This document shows, piece after piece, positions 9,729 through 19,444 of a DNA stretch of 64,000 bases. The DNA is from Bdellovibrio sp. Lineage in GTDB: Bacteria > Bdellovibrionota > Bdellovibrionia > Bdellovibrionales > Bdellovibrionaceae. Position 1 is the first letter of the stretch. Each line of letters begins with the position of its first letter. A program made the position numbers and the translations under genes. The notes beneath the pieces are model-generated. The model did not search any database. It saw only the letters and a list, made by a program, of their open reading frames with translations, and was not told the origin of the DNA. The stretch is taken from the NCBI GenBank assembly GCA_036676395.1, contig JAKFCY010000002.1, positions 512,001-576,000 of the forward strand, in the 5' to 3' direction.

Positions 9729-12434
9729 ATGGCTAAAAAAGCTGCAGCATCGGGTGATTCAAGTTCCGGGATTAAGTTAGTTATCGTTGAGTCACCGACG
9801 AAGGCCAAAACAATTCGTAAATTTTTAGGCAAAGATTATATCGTTGAATCTTGCATGGGCCACGTTCGCGATCTGCCACAATCTTCAAAAGATATTCCTG
9901 AAAAAGTTAAAAAAGAAAAATGGGCGCAGTTAGGTGTGAACGTCGATAAAAATTTCGAGCCGTTGTATTGCATTCCGAAAGATAAAGTAAAAGTAATAAA
10001 AAATTTAAAAGATAAACTTGAAGATGCAGATATGCTGTATCTAGCAACCGATGAAGACCGCGAAGGTGAATCGATCAGCTGGCATTTACAAGAAGTTTTA
10101 AAACCACGTGTGCCAACAAAACGCATGGTGTTTCATGAGATCACGAAAGAAGCGATTAATAAGTCGTTAAATGAAACTAGAGAGATTGATTATAACTTAG
10201 TGCGCGCACAAGAAGCCCGCCGTATTTTAGATCGTTTGGTGGGTTACACAATTTCGCCGTTACTTTGGAAAAAAGTTGCTTACGGATTATCTGCAGGACG
10301 CGTGCAATCAGTAGCCGTAAAGCTTATCGTAGATCGCGAAAAAGAGCGCATCCGTTTTAAAAAATCAAATTACTATGGATTAACGGCTTACTTAGATAAA
10401 GCTGGCGAAGGTTTTGAAGCAAAACTTTTAACCGTTGATCAAAAGCGTGTAGCGACAGGTAAAGACTTCGATGGCTTAACGGGCCAGTTAAATGCCGGAA
10501 AAGATGTCTTAGTTCTTGATGCAAAAGCATCGCAAGCTTTAGCTTCAAAAGTACAGGCAGCCGCATGGAAAGTAACTGAAGTTGAAGAAAAACCAGTGCA
10601 CCGCAAGCCTTACGCTCCGTTTATCACTTCGACTTTACAGCAAGAGGCCAATCGTAAACTTGGAATGAGTTCGCGTGAAGCGATGCAAGTGGCGCAAAAA
10701 CTTTACGAGCAAGGTTTCATTACTTATATGCGTACAGATTCTACGTCATTATCACAAGAAGCGATTAAGGCTGCTCGTGAAGCGATCGTTGATAAATACG
10801 GTAAAGATTATTTGCCGGCAGAACCTCGCATTTATAGCGGTAAAAAAGTAAAGGGTGCGCAAGAGGCCCATGAGTGTATTCGTCCGGCGGGAACACAATT
10901 TCAAGATCCAGATGCAACTGGCTTGATTGGTCCGCAATTAAAACTTTATGATTTAATCTGGAAACGCACGATGGCTTCGCAAATGACTGACTCACGTCAA
11001 AAGCAAGTGTCAGCAAAATTATCTGCAGAGAACACGATCTTTAATGCTACGGGCACAACGATTGAGTTTCCGGGATTTTTACGTGCCTACGTTGAAGGTT
11101 CGGATGATCCAGAAGCAGATTTAGAATCTCGCGAAGTGCGTTTACCGCAATTAAAACAAAATGATTCTGTTAAGGCGCAAAAAATGGAACCAACTGCACA
11201 TGAAACAAAACCACCAGCGCGTTTTACAGAGGCGTCATTAGTTCAAACGATGGAAAAAGAAGGCATTGGCCGTCCATCAACTTATGCAAGCGTTATCGGT
11301 ACAATCGTAGATCGTGGTTACGTTAAAAAAGTGGGGAATGCTTTAATTCCGACTTTTACAGCAATGGTTGTTTCAAAACTTTTAACAAATCATTTAACTC
11401 AGTATGTGGATTTAGGATTTACTTCAGCGATGGAGTTATCACTGGATAATATCGCCGAAGGTGATTTAAACTGGGAAAAATATTTGAATAGTGTTTACCA
11501 CGGTGATACAGGGCTTCGTGCTTTAGTTTCTAGAGAAGAAGGAAACATTGATCCGGAAACTGCGCGTACAATTAAACTTGATGGTTTAGAAAAATACGAA
11601 TTTCATGTTGGTAAATACGGTGCTTATGTAAAAACAAAAAGAGGCGAAGAATCTTTCAGCGCTTCAATTCCAGATGCAGAAGCTCCGGCTGATGTGACTT
11701 CTGAATCAATTGAAAAATTAATCGAGCAAAAATTAAAAGGTGCCGATTCGTTAGGTGTTGATCCAAAAACCGGTAAAAAGATTTACGTCCTGAATGGCCG
11801 TTATGGCGCTTACGTGCAGTTAGGTGAGAATGATGATGAAGAAATCAAACGTTCAACATTGCCTCCGGGTATGGATCCGATTGCAGTCACTTACGAAATG
11901 GCTTTAGAAATTTTAGCATTACCTAAATCACTAGGATTAAATCCTGGTAACGGCAAAGACATCAAAGCTGGTGTTGGTCGTTTCGGGCCATACGTAGTTT
12001 GTGATGGCGATTACCGTTCGATTCCAAAAACAGAATCAGTTTTCACAATGAATTTAGAAAAGGCGTTAGCCTTATTTGCGATTCCTAAAAAGGGCCGTGG
12101 TAAAGCAGCTGCACTTAAAGAATTTGGTAAACATCCAAATTTTGACGTTGAAGTGAGTTTATTTAATGGACCTTACGGCCCATACTTAAAAGCCGGTAAA
12201 ACAAATGTTGGCTTACCTGAAGATGTGACTGCTGATAACATCACTAAAGAGAAGGCTTTTGAGCTAATGAATGAGAAGTTAGCTGAAGCTGCCCCGAGTA
12301 AAGGTGCAGGTAAAGGCAAAAAAGCAAAGGGTGCAAAAAAACCGGCTAAAACCGTTAAAAAAGCACCAGCTTCTACCGAAAAAGCTGAAGCACCTGCAGC
12401 CAAGAAGAAAGTGATCACTAAAAAGAAGAAATAA
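9729..12434 (+). CDS. topA: Type IA DNA topoisomerase I
   Basis: Toprim VIVESPTKAKTI, ATDEDREGE, SAGRVQS, catalytic ITYMRTD; C-terminal G(R/K)(Y/F)GxYV repeats and a Lys/Ala-rich tail. Confidence 0.98.
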   Translation: MAKKAAASGDSSSGIKLVIVESPTKAKTIRKFLGKDYIVESCMGHVRDLPQSSKDIPEKVKKEKWAQLGVNVDKNFEPLYCIPKDKVKVIKNLKDKLEDADMLYLATDEDREGESISWHLQEVLKPRVPTKRMVFHEITKEAINKSLNETREIDYNLVRAQEARRILDRLVGYTISPLLWKKVAYGLSAGRVQSVAVKLIVDREKERIRFKKSNYYGLTAYLDKAGEGFEAKLLTVDQKRVATGKDFDGLTGQLNAGKDVLVLDAKASQALASKVQAAAWKVTEVEEKPVHRKPYAPFITSTLQQEANRKLGMSSREAMQVAQKLYEQGFITYMRTDSTSLSQEAIKAAREAIVDKYGKDYLPAEPRIYSGKKVKGAQEAHECIRPAGTQFQDPDATGLIGPQLKLYDLIWKRTMASQMTDSRQKQVSAKLSAENTIFNATGTTIEFPGFLRAYVEGSDDPEADLESREVRLPQLKQNDSVKAQKMEPTAHETKPPARFTEASLVQTMEKEGIGRPSTYASVIGTIVDRGYVKKVGNALIPTFTAMVVSKLLTNHLTQYVDLGFTSAMELSLDNIAEGDLNWEKYLNSVYHGDTGLRALVSREEGNIDPETARTIKLDGLEKYEFHVGKYGAYVKTKRGEESFSASIPDAEAPADVTSESIEKLIEQKLKGADSLGVDPKTGKKIYVLNGRYGAYVQLGENDDEEIKRSTLPPGMDPIAVTYEMALEILALPKSLGLNPGNGKDIKAGVGRFGPYVVCDGDYRSIPKTESVFTMNLEKALALFAIPKKGRGKAAALKEFGKHPNFDVEVSLFNGPYGPYLKAGKTNVGLPEDVTADNITKEKAFELMNEKLAEAAPSKGAGKGKKAKGAKKPAKTVKKAPASTEKAEAPAAKKKVITKKKK

Positions 12435-12436
12435 AT

Positions 12437-13339
12437 ATGTCTGACGAAAATAAAAAAGGCCAGCTCGAGCTGGGACAAACAAGATCAAAAGAGCCCGATA
12501 GAAATCTTCATCGCGGCGGTCGAAGTTTTTATTTTTTCGACTTCGATGATAACATTGCTTTTTTAACTACGCCTTTAGTTTTATTTCATAAAGAAACAAA
12601 AGAAGAATTACATTTATCCAGCGCTGAATGGGCCGTGCAGCATTCAAGCATTGGCAAATCAGGCCCCTACGAGCATTACGATATTAATTGGGATGATGTG
12701 AGCGGAACCTTCAGATGTTTTCGTGACGTACAAATCGAAGAGATGGAGCGTTTACAAGGTAAAAAACAAACTTTCGTGCAAGATGTGATGTTAGCCCTGG
12801 GGCATCCAGACGGACAATGGAAAGGCCCTTCGTGGGATTGTTTTTACCATGCAGTATTTAATCAACGTCCGATTTCAGTGATCACAGCACGTGGCCATTC
12901 ATCAGCGACTTTACGTGCGGGTATTTATGAATTCGTAAAAAATGGTCACTTACCTTTAGAGCCAAATTATTTAAGTTTATTCGCCTGCAGTAATAAACAA
13001 GTACGCCAAAGCTTTGGTGATATTGAATTAAAATTGACTACCGCAGAGTTAAAACAAAAGGCCATTCGTGCATCAGTTGAACGCGCGATTGAAGTTTATG
13101 GTTATAGTCCACATCACCGTTTTGGTATGAGTGATGATGATCCACGAAATATCCAATTGATCGTGGAAGAAATGACTCGACTAAAGTCGCAATACCCAGA
13201 GATGTCGTTTTTCATGATCGAGACTCATGGTGGGGATTTCGTGAAACACGAGATTTCGCAGCACGGCTTATTAACGCCACTCGTAAATGATGGTCTAGAG
13301 CAACTAGATTTATTTGATCAGCTCTCTAAACGAAAATAG
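12437..13339 (+). CDS. Uncharacterised HAD-fold protein
   Basis: FDFDDNI, VITARGH, K and GMSDDD resemble HAD motifs I-IV; starts 2 nt after the topA stop. Confidence 0.65.
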   Translation: MSDENKKGQLELGQTRSKEPDRNLHRGGRSFYFFDFDDNIAFLTTPLVLFHKETKEELHLSSAEWAVQHSSIGKSGPYEHYDINWDDVSGTFRCFRDVQIEEMERLQGKKQTFVQDVMLALGHPDGQWKGPSWDCFYHAVFNQRPISVITARGHSSATLRAGIYEFVKNGHLPLEPNYLSLFACSNKQVRQSFGDIELKLTTAELKQKAIRASVERAIEVYGYSPHHRFGMSDDDPRNIQLIVEEMTRLKSQYPEMSFFMIETHGGDFVKHEISQHGLLTPLVNDGLEQLDLFDQLSKRK

Positions 13340-13517
13340 TTTATTTAAACAAACTGATTCGGATTAAGACACTTTATAAAAATCACTTAACATAATACTT
13401 GTTTACAGGTTCAGACGAAGGGCATAACTGCCAATATTGTCTGCACTCTTATCAAGAGTAGGTCTATAATAACCGTTAGTATATTGTAGTACTAAACAGT
13501 TAAGGAAGCACTTACCT

Positions 13518-15554
13518 ATGAAATCACAAAAGTATTTATTGGCGGCCGCAGCAGCAGTTCTGGCATTGTCTTATGCACAACCAGAAGCGCAAGCGCAGAT
13601 CTTTGATTTTAATAAAACATTAGATTGTAACTGGGTAGACCCCATTCAATCAGCGTATTTAGCAAATCACTTAACTTATAAAAGCGAAGATGCAGAATTG
13701 CAAAAGCGTGTAGTTGAGCAATACATCAAACGCCAAGACCCGGCTAAAATTTATTTAGTTCAAAGCGATGTTGATCAAATCAAAGGAACTTTGAAAAATC
13801 TTTTTGAATCTTTAAAAAAGAAAGATTGTAAATTTATCGCTTCGATTCAAGACACCGTGTTAAAACGCGCTGGTGAAAGAGTTGAATTCGTTAAAACTTA
13901 CTTAGGAAAAGATTTTAAATTTAATAAAGACACTGAGTTTGTTTATGATCCAGATAAAAAGGATTACCCAAAAACTCAAAAAGAAGCTGAAGAATTTTTA
14001 GCTAAATATGTGCAGTTTCAAGTAGCCAACTACTTAGCAACTGATATCAAACTTGATGAAGCTAAAACGCGCGTAATTAAAAACTACGAAAGAAATTTAA
14101 AACGTCTAAAAGAAATCAAATACGATGATTTAGTAGCTAATTACTTAAATTCATTCGCATTGGCTTTAGATCCGCATTCATCTTTTTTCAGCAAAGATTA
14201 CTATGAAGATTTTAATATCGACATGAAATTAAAATTAGAAGGTATCGGAGCCACGTTATCTCAGGATGATGGTTTTACAACTATTGAAGCTTTAGTCACT
14301 GGTGGAGCTGCGGCGAAATCTGGTCAATTAGAGCCAAAAGATAAAATCGTTGCCGTGAGTAAAGGTAACAAAATGGAAAACGTTGTCGATATGGAATTAA
14401 AAGATGTCGTGAAACTTATCCGCGGACCTAAAGGCACAAAAGTAAAATTATCTATTTTACGCAAAGAAGCTTCGGGTAATAAAAAATTCGAAGTTGAATT
14501 AACTCGTGAAGTTATCGCTTTAGAAGACAACGCGATCACAATTTATTACCAAGATAAAGTGATCAACGGCGAAACTAAAAAAATCGGTATTATTAACTTT
14601 CCATCTTTCTATGCTGACTCTGGTAAAGGCGGAAAAACATCTTCTGCTGATATGAGAAAAGTTTTAGCTGATGCTAGAGCTAAAAAAGCAGACGGGATCG
14701 TGATCGATCTTTCGAACAACGGTGGTGGATCATTGGATGACGCTGTCAAAATCGGTGGTATGTTTATCAAAACCGGTAACATCGTAAAACAATCTTCACG
14801 TCGTGGCGCTGAAACTCCGTTAGCTGACACAGATGAAAAAGTTGACTGGGATGGACCTGTAGTTGTGTTAACATCACGTGTATCGGCTTCAGCTTCTGAA
14901 ATTTTATCAGGTGCTTTAAAAGATTATAACCGCGCAGTCATTGTTGGTGGAGATCACACTTACGGTAAAGGTTCGATCCAAACAGTTCTTCCGATTCCGG
15001 GTGAACTTGGAGCTTTAAAAGTAACTATCGGTATGTTTTTTATTCCGGGTGGATATTCAACACAACATAAAGGTGTTGATGCAGATATCGTTTTCCCGTC
15101 TCCGTACCATGTGGATGATATCGGTGAAAAATCAATGGATTATTCATTGCCTCCGAAAAAGATCGACCAGTTTGTTTCTAAAGAAGCGGCAGTTGGTAAA
15201 GGCGAAGGCCAATGGAACACGATTAAGCCTGAATGGATTAAGTCTTTAAAACAACGCGCTGATGAGCGCATTGGTAAAAATGACGAATTCAAAAAAATTA
15301 CTGAAGAGTTAGAAAAAACTAAAAAACTAGGTAAAACAATTAAAGTGGCTGAAATCGTAAAAGAAAAAGATAAAACTGAAAAAGAAAAAGCCAAAGCTAA
15401 AAAGGCAAACAAGTACGCTGCTAAAGCCGAAAAAGAAAAAGAATACTTAAAACGCCCTGAAGTTCAGGAAGCGGCTAACATCTTAGGGGATTTAATCATC
15501 CTTGAAGAAGGCAAAGTTAAGGATTTAACTAAGCTTACAAACGCAGTTAACTAA
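13518..15554 (+). CDS. prc: Carboxy-terminal processing (tail-specific) protease, S41A, PDZ-containing
   Basis: Signal peptide, LDPHS, GIGA PDZ loop, DLSNNGGG, SASASEI (catalytic Ser), TYGKGSIQ (catalytic Lys). Confidence 0.93.
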   Translation: MKSQKYLLAAAAAVLALSYAQPEAQAQIFDFNKTLDCNWVDPIQSAYLANHLTYKSEDAELQKRVVEQYIKRQDPAKIYLVQSDVDQIKGTLKNLFESLKKKDCKFIASIQDTVLKRAGERVEFVKTYLGKDFKFNKDTEFVYDPDKKDYPKTQKEAEEFLAKYVQFQVANYLATDIKLDEAKTRVIKNYERNLKRLKEIKYDDLVANYLNSFALALDPHSSFFSKDYYEDFNIDMKLKLEGIGATLSQDDGFTTIEALVTGGAAAKSGQLEPKDKIVAVSKGNKMENVVDMELKDVVKLIRGPKGTKVKLSILRKEASGNKKFEVELTREVIALEDNAITIYYQDKVINGETKKIGIINFPSFYADSGKGGKTSSADMRKVLADARAKKADGIVIDLSNNGGGSLDDAVKIGGMFIKTGNIVKQSSRRGAETPLADTDEKVDWDGPVVVLTSRVSASASEILSGALKDYNRAVIVGGDHTYGKGSIQTVLPIPGELGALKVTIGMFFIPGGYSTQHKGVDADIVFPSPYHVDDIGEKSMDYSLPPKKIDQFVSKEAAVGKGEGQWNTIKPEWIKSLKQRADERIGKNDEFKKITEELEKTKKLGKTIKVAEIVKEKDKTEKEKAKAKKANKYAAKAEKEKEYLKRPEVQEAANILGDLIILEEGKVKDLTKLTNAVN

Positions 15555-15576
15555 AAGGTAGGGCATGCAGCCCGCA

Positions 15577-15595
15577 CCGTCCCTTTTTGGGGAGC
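15577..15595 (+). repeat. Short post-stop repeat, type A copy 1
   Basis: CCGTCCCTTTTTGGGGAGC is identical to the reverse complement of 28795-28813. Confidence 0.8.
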
Positions 15596-15617
15596 GGCGT
15601 ATAAATTTAGATTCTTG

Positions 15618-15648
15618 AAAAGGAGAGTGTAATAACTCTCCTTTTTTT
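15618..15648 (+). terminator. Intrinsic terminator after prc (left direct repeat of islet)
   Basis: AAAAGGAGAGT-gtaata-ACTCTCCTTTTTTT hairpin with U-tract. Confidence 0.85.
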
Positions 15649-15661
15649 ATAGGATTTAGTA

Positions 15662-16195
15662 ATGTATCGAATTCATATTTTAGGCGCATCAGGTTCTGGG
15701 GTTTCTACGTTAGGTGAAAGTATTGGGCGTCGTCTCGATATTTCTGTATTTGATTGTGATTCGTATTACTGGGAAAAAACCAACCCGCCGTTTTTAAAAG
15801 CTACGCCTATTCCTGATCGACAGAAAACATTGCTTACGGATCTAACGTCACACGAATCATGGGTATGTACAGGTTCTATGGATTCTTGGAGTGAGCCGTT
15901 TGAAAGTCTTTTTACTCATATTGTATTTTTGTATGTTCCAAGCGAAGTTCGAGTTAGTCGCCTTCGCGCGCGTGAAAAAAAGCTTTGGGGTGCACGAATC
16001 TCTGAAGGTGGAGATATGCATGTTGAACATGAAAAATTCATGGCTTGGGCCGCTCAGTATGATGAGGGGTTGAAGAATGGACGAAGCCTTCCGCGACATG
16101 AAGCATGGCTTGCGAAACAGCGTGCGCCAATCCTTCATATTGAGGGAGAATTAGGTTTTGAAGAGGCTCTTAATCGAGTTCTAAATTTTATTTAG
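15662..16195 (+). CDS. P-loop kinase of the adenylate kinase / topology modulation (FlaR-like) family
   Basis: RIHILGASGSGVSTLG, DCDSYYW, RLRARE, WAAQYD. Confidence 0.8.
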   Translation: MYRIHILGASGSGVSTLGESIGRRLDISVFDCDSYYWEKTNPPFLKATPIPDRQKTLLTDLTSHESWVCTGSMDSWSEPFESLFTHIVFLYVPSEVRVSRLRAREKKLWGARISEGGDMHVEHEKFMAWAAQYDEGLKNGRSLPRHEAWLAKQRAPILHIEGELGFEEALNRVLNFI

Positions 16196-16203
16196 TTTTT
16201 ATA

Positions 16204-16242
16204 TGTGTGCTTTAAGCCGGAAGTTGATCGTCGTCAGTGTGC
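16204..16242 (+). repeat. Dispersed 39-bp repeat, copy 3 (family flanking the TPR gene)
   Basis: TGTGTGCTTTAAGCCGGAAGTTGATCGTCGTCAGTGTGC aligns with 46237-46275 and with the reverse complement of 46915-46960. Confidence 0.85.
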
Positions 16243-16248
16243 AACAAT

Positions 16249-16578
16249 TTAATCGACGATGAAGAGCTTAGCTCCGGCAGTCGTTGAAGATTTATGGGCC
16301 TCTGCGTCCGTTGCAACTTGATAACTCACTCCAGGAGTCATCGTGAATTTTCGGCCGTCTTTCAGTTCGGTGACGAGTTCACCTTCCATAACTAGTAAGA
16401 CATGTCCGCGCGAGCACCAATGATCAGCGACATAGTTTGCTGTGTATTCGACCATTCTGACCCGGATATTGCCGACCTCAATAGTTTTCCAAATGGCCAT
16501 TCCTGTTTCACCTTTATGTTCGGTGCGCGGAACTTTGCTCCAGTCTGTTGTCATAAACGGAACATCTTGAATTTTCAT
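16249..16578 (-). CDS. DHCW-motif cupin fold protein
   Basis: RVRMVEY...ADHWCSRGHVLLVMEGEL...GAKLFIVD. Confidence 0.9.
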   Translation of the reverse strand: MKIQDVPFMTTDWSKVPRTEHKGETGMAIWKTIEVGNIRVRMVEYTANYVADHWCSRGHVLLVMEGELVTELKDGRKFTMTPGVSYQVATDAEAHKSSTTAGAKLFIVD

Positions 16579-17147
16579 AAATGTCCTTTCAGTTTTAAAG
16601 GTTTTACTGATTCGAAAACTTTTTCAGATATTTCTTTTCCAGCAAGTCTTTCAATCATCCAAAGGGCTAAACGATCTCCAGATAAACACCGCGCTCCCGT
16701 GGCGATGTTTCCTTCAGCAACAAAAGGCTCTTGAACGGCATTCACACCCATACTCGCGAGAAGATCATGAGCCGTTGGGTATGTTGTGGCCTTTTTATTT
16801 TGAAGTAAACCGAGAGCTGCCAAAAGCAGTGCGCCTGAGTCGACAGCTGCGATAACTTGCTTGGTTTCATCGAGTTTAAAGTTGGCAAGAAATTTTTTGT
16901 CTTGGATGAGCTCTCTAGATTCATAACCGCTGCAGAAAAAGACGGCGTCACATTCATTTGCAAAACTGTAGAATTTTGTCGGCTGAAGATCGAGGCCTGC
17001 AGCTGATTTAATTTTGGAATCATCACCAAGAATTTCAACCTGCCAGTTTTCCTGTAGGCCCATAAGACGAACTCTGTTGAGAAGATCCCACGGTAAATAG
17101 AAATCTAAGTCGGTGAATTTATTAAAAATAACAATGCCGATTTTCAT
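16575..17147 (-). CDS. DJ-1/PfpI family protein
   Basis: KIGIVIFNKFTDLD, SGALLLAALGLL..KKATT, GNIATG; nucleophile position is Asp. Confidence 0.85.
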   Translation of the reverse strand: MKIGIVIFNKFTDLDFYLPWDLLNRVRLMGLQENWQVEILGDDSKIKSAAGLDLQPTKFYSFANECDAVFFCSGYESRELIQDKKFLANFKLDETKQVIAAVDSGALLLAALGLLQNKKATTYPTAHDLLASMGVNAVQEPFVAEGNIATGARCLSGDRLALWMIERLAGKEISEKVFESVKPLKLKGHL

Positions 17148-17620
17148 ATTTTTTCAGTTCTCTTGTAAATATCGTTGTTTTTAATTTCTAACCAATTTTG
17201 TGGGGCCTTTGTCACTTCGAAGCCGAATTTTTGATAAAGTTCGTGTGCATCTTTTGTGGCTAAACAAATGCGGCGTAAGCTTTGGAGCGCAGGATGGGCC
17301 ATCACGCAGTTCATAAGCCACTTTGCAAGGCCAAGTTTGCGAAAATCGTTTTCGATATACACATCACAAATCCAAGCAAAGCTTGCATAGTCAGTAACGA
17401 TGCGGGCAAAGCCAATTTGTTCTTTGTTGTTGCCGTATATTTGATAAACTCCAAAACATAATGAATTTTCAATTCCGCATGTGACGATGTCTAGCGGAAT
17501 GCCTGGTGACCAATAAGAATCTACAGAGAGAAAATTGTGGATCTTGGGGATTTGTAAAAATGATTTATCAGTGCTGATCAGGAAATTGTCTTTTTCCCAA
17601 CTTTGAATTTCGGTTTTCAT
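17144..17620 (-). CDS. GNAT family N-acetyltransferase
   Basis: NSLCFGVY...QIGFARIVTDYASFAWICDVYI...FRKLGLAKWL...ATKDAHELYQKFGF. Confidence 0.92.
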   Translation of the reverse strand: MKTEIQSWEKDNFLISTDKSFLQIPKIHNFLSVDSYWSPGIPLDIVTCGIENSLCFGVYQIYGNNKEQIGFARIVTDYASFAWICDVYIENDFRKLGLAKWLMNCVMAHPALQSLRRICLATKDAHELYQKFGFEVTKAPQNWLEIKNNDIYKRTEKI

Positions 17621-17694
17621 GTTTTCGATTCTACAATAATAAACACATAGTTTTCACTGTTCCTTTTATGATTTACTGTGCCATACTTCACCTT

Positions 17695-18276
17695 ATGCAA
17701 AAAAAGATTCTGATTCTACAAGGCCATCCAGACAAGCAAAGTTTTAACCACGCTCTACATACCGCTTATAAACAAGGGGCGTTAAAGGCGGGCGCCCAAG
17801 TTGAAGAGATTTTTGTTGGAGATTTAGATTTTAAATTAAATTTACAATATGGTTATCGCCAGCGTACAGAACTCGAGCCTTGTTTGATCGAGGCTCAGAA
17901 AAAAATTACTTGGGCTGATCATATCGTCGTGATTTATCCAGTTTGGTGGGGAGCAGTTCCTGCGGTTTTAAAAGGTTTTTTTGACCGCGTGATGCTGCCT
18001 GGGTTTGCTTTTCAAAAAAGAGAGAACTCGGTGTGGTGGGATAAACTATTAACGGGAAAAACAGCGCGCATTATTTCAACGATGGATCAGCCGCCCTGGT
18101 ATTACTTTTTAGTGTATGGTTCGCCCACACATCGCGCGGTGAAAAAACTGACTTTAGAATTTTGTGGGGTAAAGCCTGTGAAGATAACTTCGATTGGACC
18201 GGTTCGTCTTTCGAAAGAAGAGTTTCGAACAAACTGGCTGAGAAAAGTTGAAGAGATAGGGTTCACACAAAAATAA
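17695..18276 (+). CDS. NAD(P)H-dependent oxidoreductase, flavodoxin-like (MdaB/KefF) family
   Basis: ILILQGHPDKQSFN, WADHIVVIYPVWWGAVPAVLKGFFDRV; start taken at ATG 17695. Confidence 0.92.
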   Translation: MQKKILILQGHPDKQSFNHALHTAYKQGALKAGAQVEEIFVGDLDFKLNLQYGYRQRTELEPCLIEAQKKITWADHIVVIYPVWWGAVPAVLKGFFDRVMLPGFAFQKRENSVWWDKLLTGKTARIISTMDQPPWYYFLVYGSPTHRAVKKLTLEFCGVKPVKITSIGPVRLSKEEFRTNWLRKVEEIGFTQK

Positions 18277-18283
18277 TTTAGAT

Positions 18284-18316
18284 AAAAAAAAGGAGAGTGA
18301 AAACTCTCCTTTTTTT
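18284..18316. terminator. Bidirectional intrinsic terminator (right direct repeat of islet)
   Basis: A8-GGAGAGT-gaaa-ACTCTCC-T7 between convergent genes. Confidence 0.88.
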
Positions 18317-18323
18317 ATGACTT

Positions 18324-18351
18324 GCTGTGACCAGAAAGAGGGCCTGGCACC
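18324..18351 (-). repeat. Short post-stop repeat, type B copy 1
   Basis: Minus strand GGTGCCAGGCCCTCTTTCTGGTCACAGC, 25/28 identical to 60904-60931. Confidence 0.8.
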
Positions 18352-18353
18352 GA

Positions 18354-19235
18354 TTAGCTAGCTTGTAATTTAGCGATACGTTGGGCTAATGGCGGATGTG
18401 TTCTTAACAGATCGACCAATTTTGCTTTACGATCTGAAATTTGGAACGTAGCAAGTGGTTGCTCTTCAGGAATAGGCGCTGTTTCGTTTTGCAAACGTTG
18501 AAGCGCTCTGATCATTTTATCTTTACCGCCAAGGCGGGCTCCGCCGGCATCGGCGCGAAATTCACGGTAGCGTGAGAACGCAGATACAACAAACATACCT
18601 AAGATATTAAATACGATATCTAAAATTAAAGTCGCTACCCAGCGAACTGTGTGCGCGCTTTTTTCTTCGACTTGTGTTGATAATAAATGACCAATTACAC
18701 GTGCTAAGAACATACCGAATGCATTCACTACGCCTTGAACAAGTGTCATGGTGACCATGTCACCGTTGGCAACGTGGGCGATTTCGTGGGCGATAACGCC
18801 TTCGACTTCGTCTTTGTTCATTTTATTCATTAAGCCTGTTGATACAGCGACTAGTGAATTTGAACGGCTTGGGCCTGTGGCGAAAGCGTTCATTTCGGGG
18901 CTGTCAAAGACGCCGACTTCAGGCATTTTTGCTAATTCGGCATTTCTAGCCAAACGGTAGACCGTTTGAATAAGCCATTGTGCTTCTGGTTCGCGAGCAT
19001 CTGCGGGAATAATTTTTACTCCCATCATCTTTTTTGCCATGAATTTCGACAACAATAGAGAAATAAAAGCACCACCAAAACCCCAAACTAAACAGAATGC
19101 GGCAAGTGAGGCGTAATTAATGCCATAAGCTTGTAAGTAAGGCTGAACGCCAAGAACATTAAGGATAATGTTAATAGTGATCATGATCAGGACGTTAACA
19201 ATAATTATCATCCCAAAACGCTTTAAAAAGTTCAT
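18354..19235 (-). CDS. htpX: Membrane zinc metalloprotease HtpX (M48)
   Basis: NAFATG, VAVSTGL, AHEIAHVANGDMVT, FSRYREFRAD, THPPL..RI. Confidence 0.96.
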   Translation of the reverse strand: MNFLKRFGMIIIVNVLIMITINIILNVLGVQPYLQAYGINYASLAAFCLVWGFGGAFISLLLSKFMAKKMMGVKIIPADAREPEAQWLIQTVYRLARNAELAKMPEVGVFDSPEMNAFATGPSRSNSLVAVSTGLMNKMNKDEVEGVIAHEIAHVANGDMVTMTLVQGVVNAFGMFLARVIGHLLSTQVEEKSAHTVRWVATLILDIVFNILGMFVVSAFSRYREFRADAGGARLGGKDKMIRALQRLQNETAPIPEEQPLATFQISDRKAKLVDLLRTHPPLAQRIAKLQAS

Positions 19236-19444
19236 TTGAGTCTCCTGCGTGCACTCAGCACGACTTAAATTACTTACCTAAAGGTGAGTTGTTATAGTTT
19301 AGAGTCAAGTCGGGGAATGCGCAAATGCAAACGAACTGAGCAAGCGGGTGCATTACTTTGGGATGGTTCCAAACTGGTGCTGGATCGCCTAAATACGCTT
19401 TTAATTGTGGTAACTGCCTAGGGGATTTGTTATATTTTTTTCGC

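Noticed and set aside
15549..15612. Possible integron attC site after prc (CTAAA...TTTAG ends with internal hairpins)
   Set aside because: Lacks the RYYYAAC/GTTRRRY core sites and there is no integron integrase; better explained as the post-stop repeat.
15662..16195. Walker A lacking Lys (GASGSGVST) as a sign of pseudogenisation
   Set aside because: The ORF is intact, and as far as I recall this kinase subfamily commonly has a non-Lys residue there.
19236..19320. Possible CIRCE/HAIR heat-shock operator before htpX
   Set aside because: Only a GAGTGC half-site; no properly spaced inverted partner.
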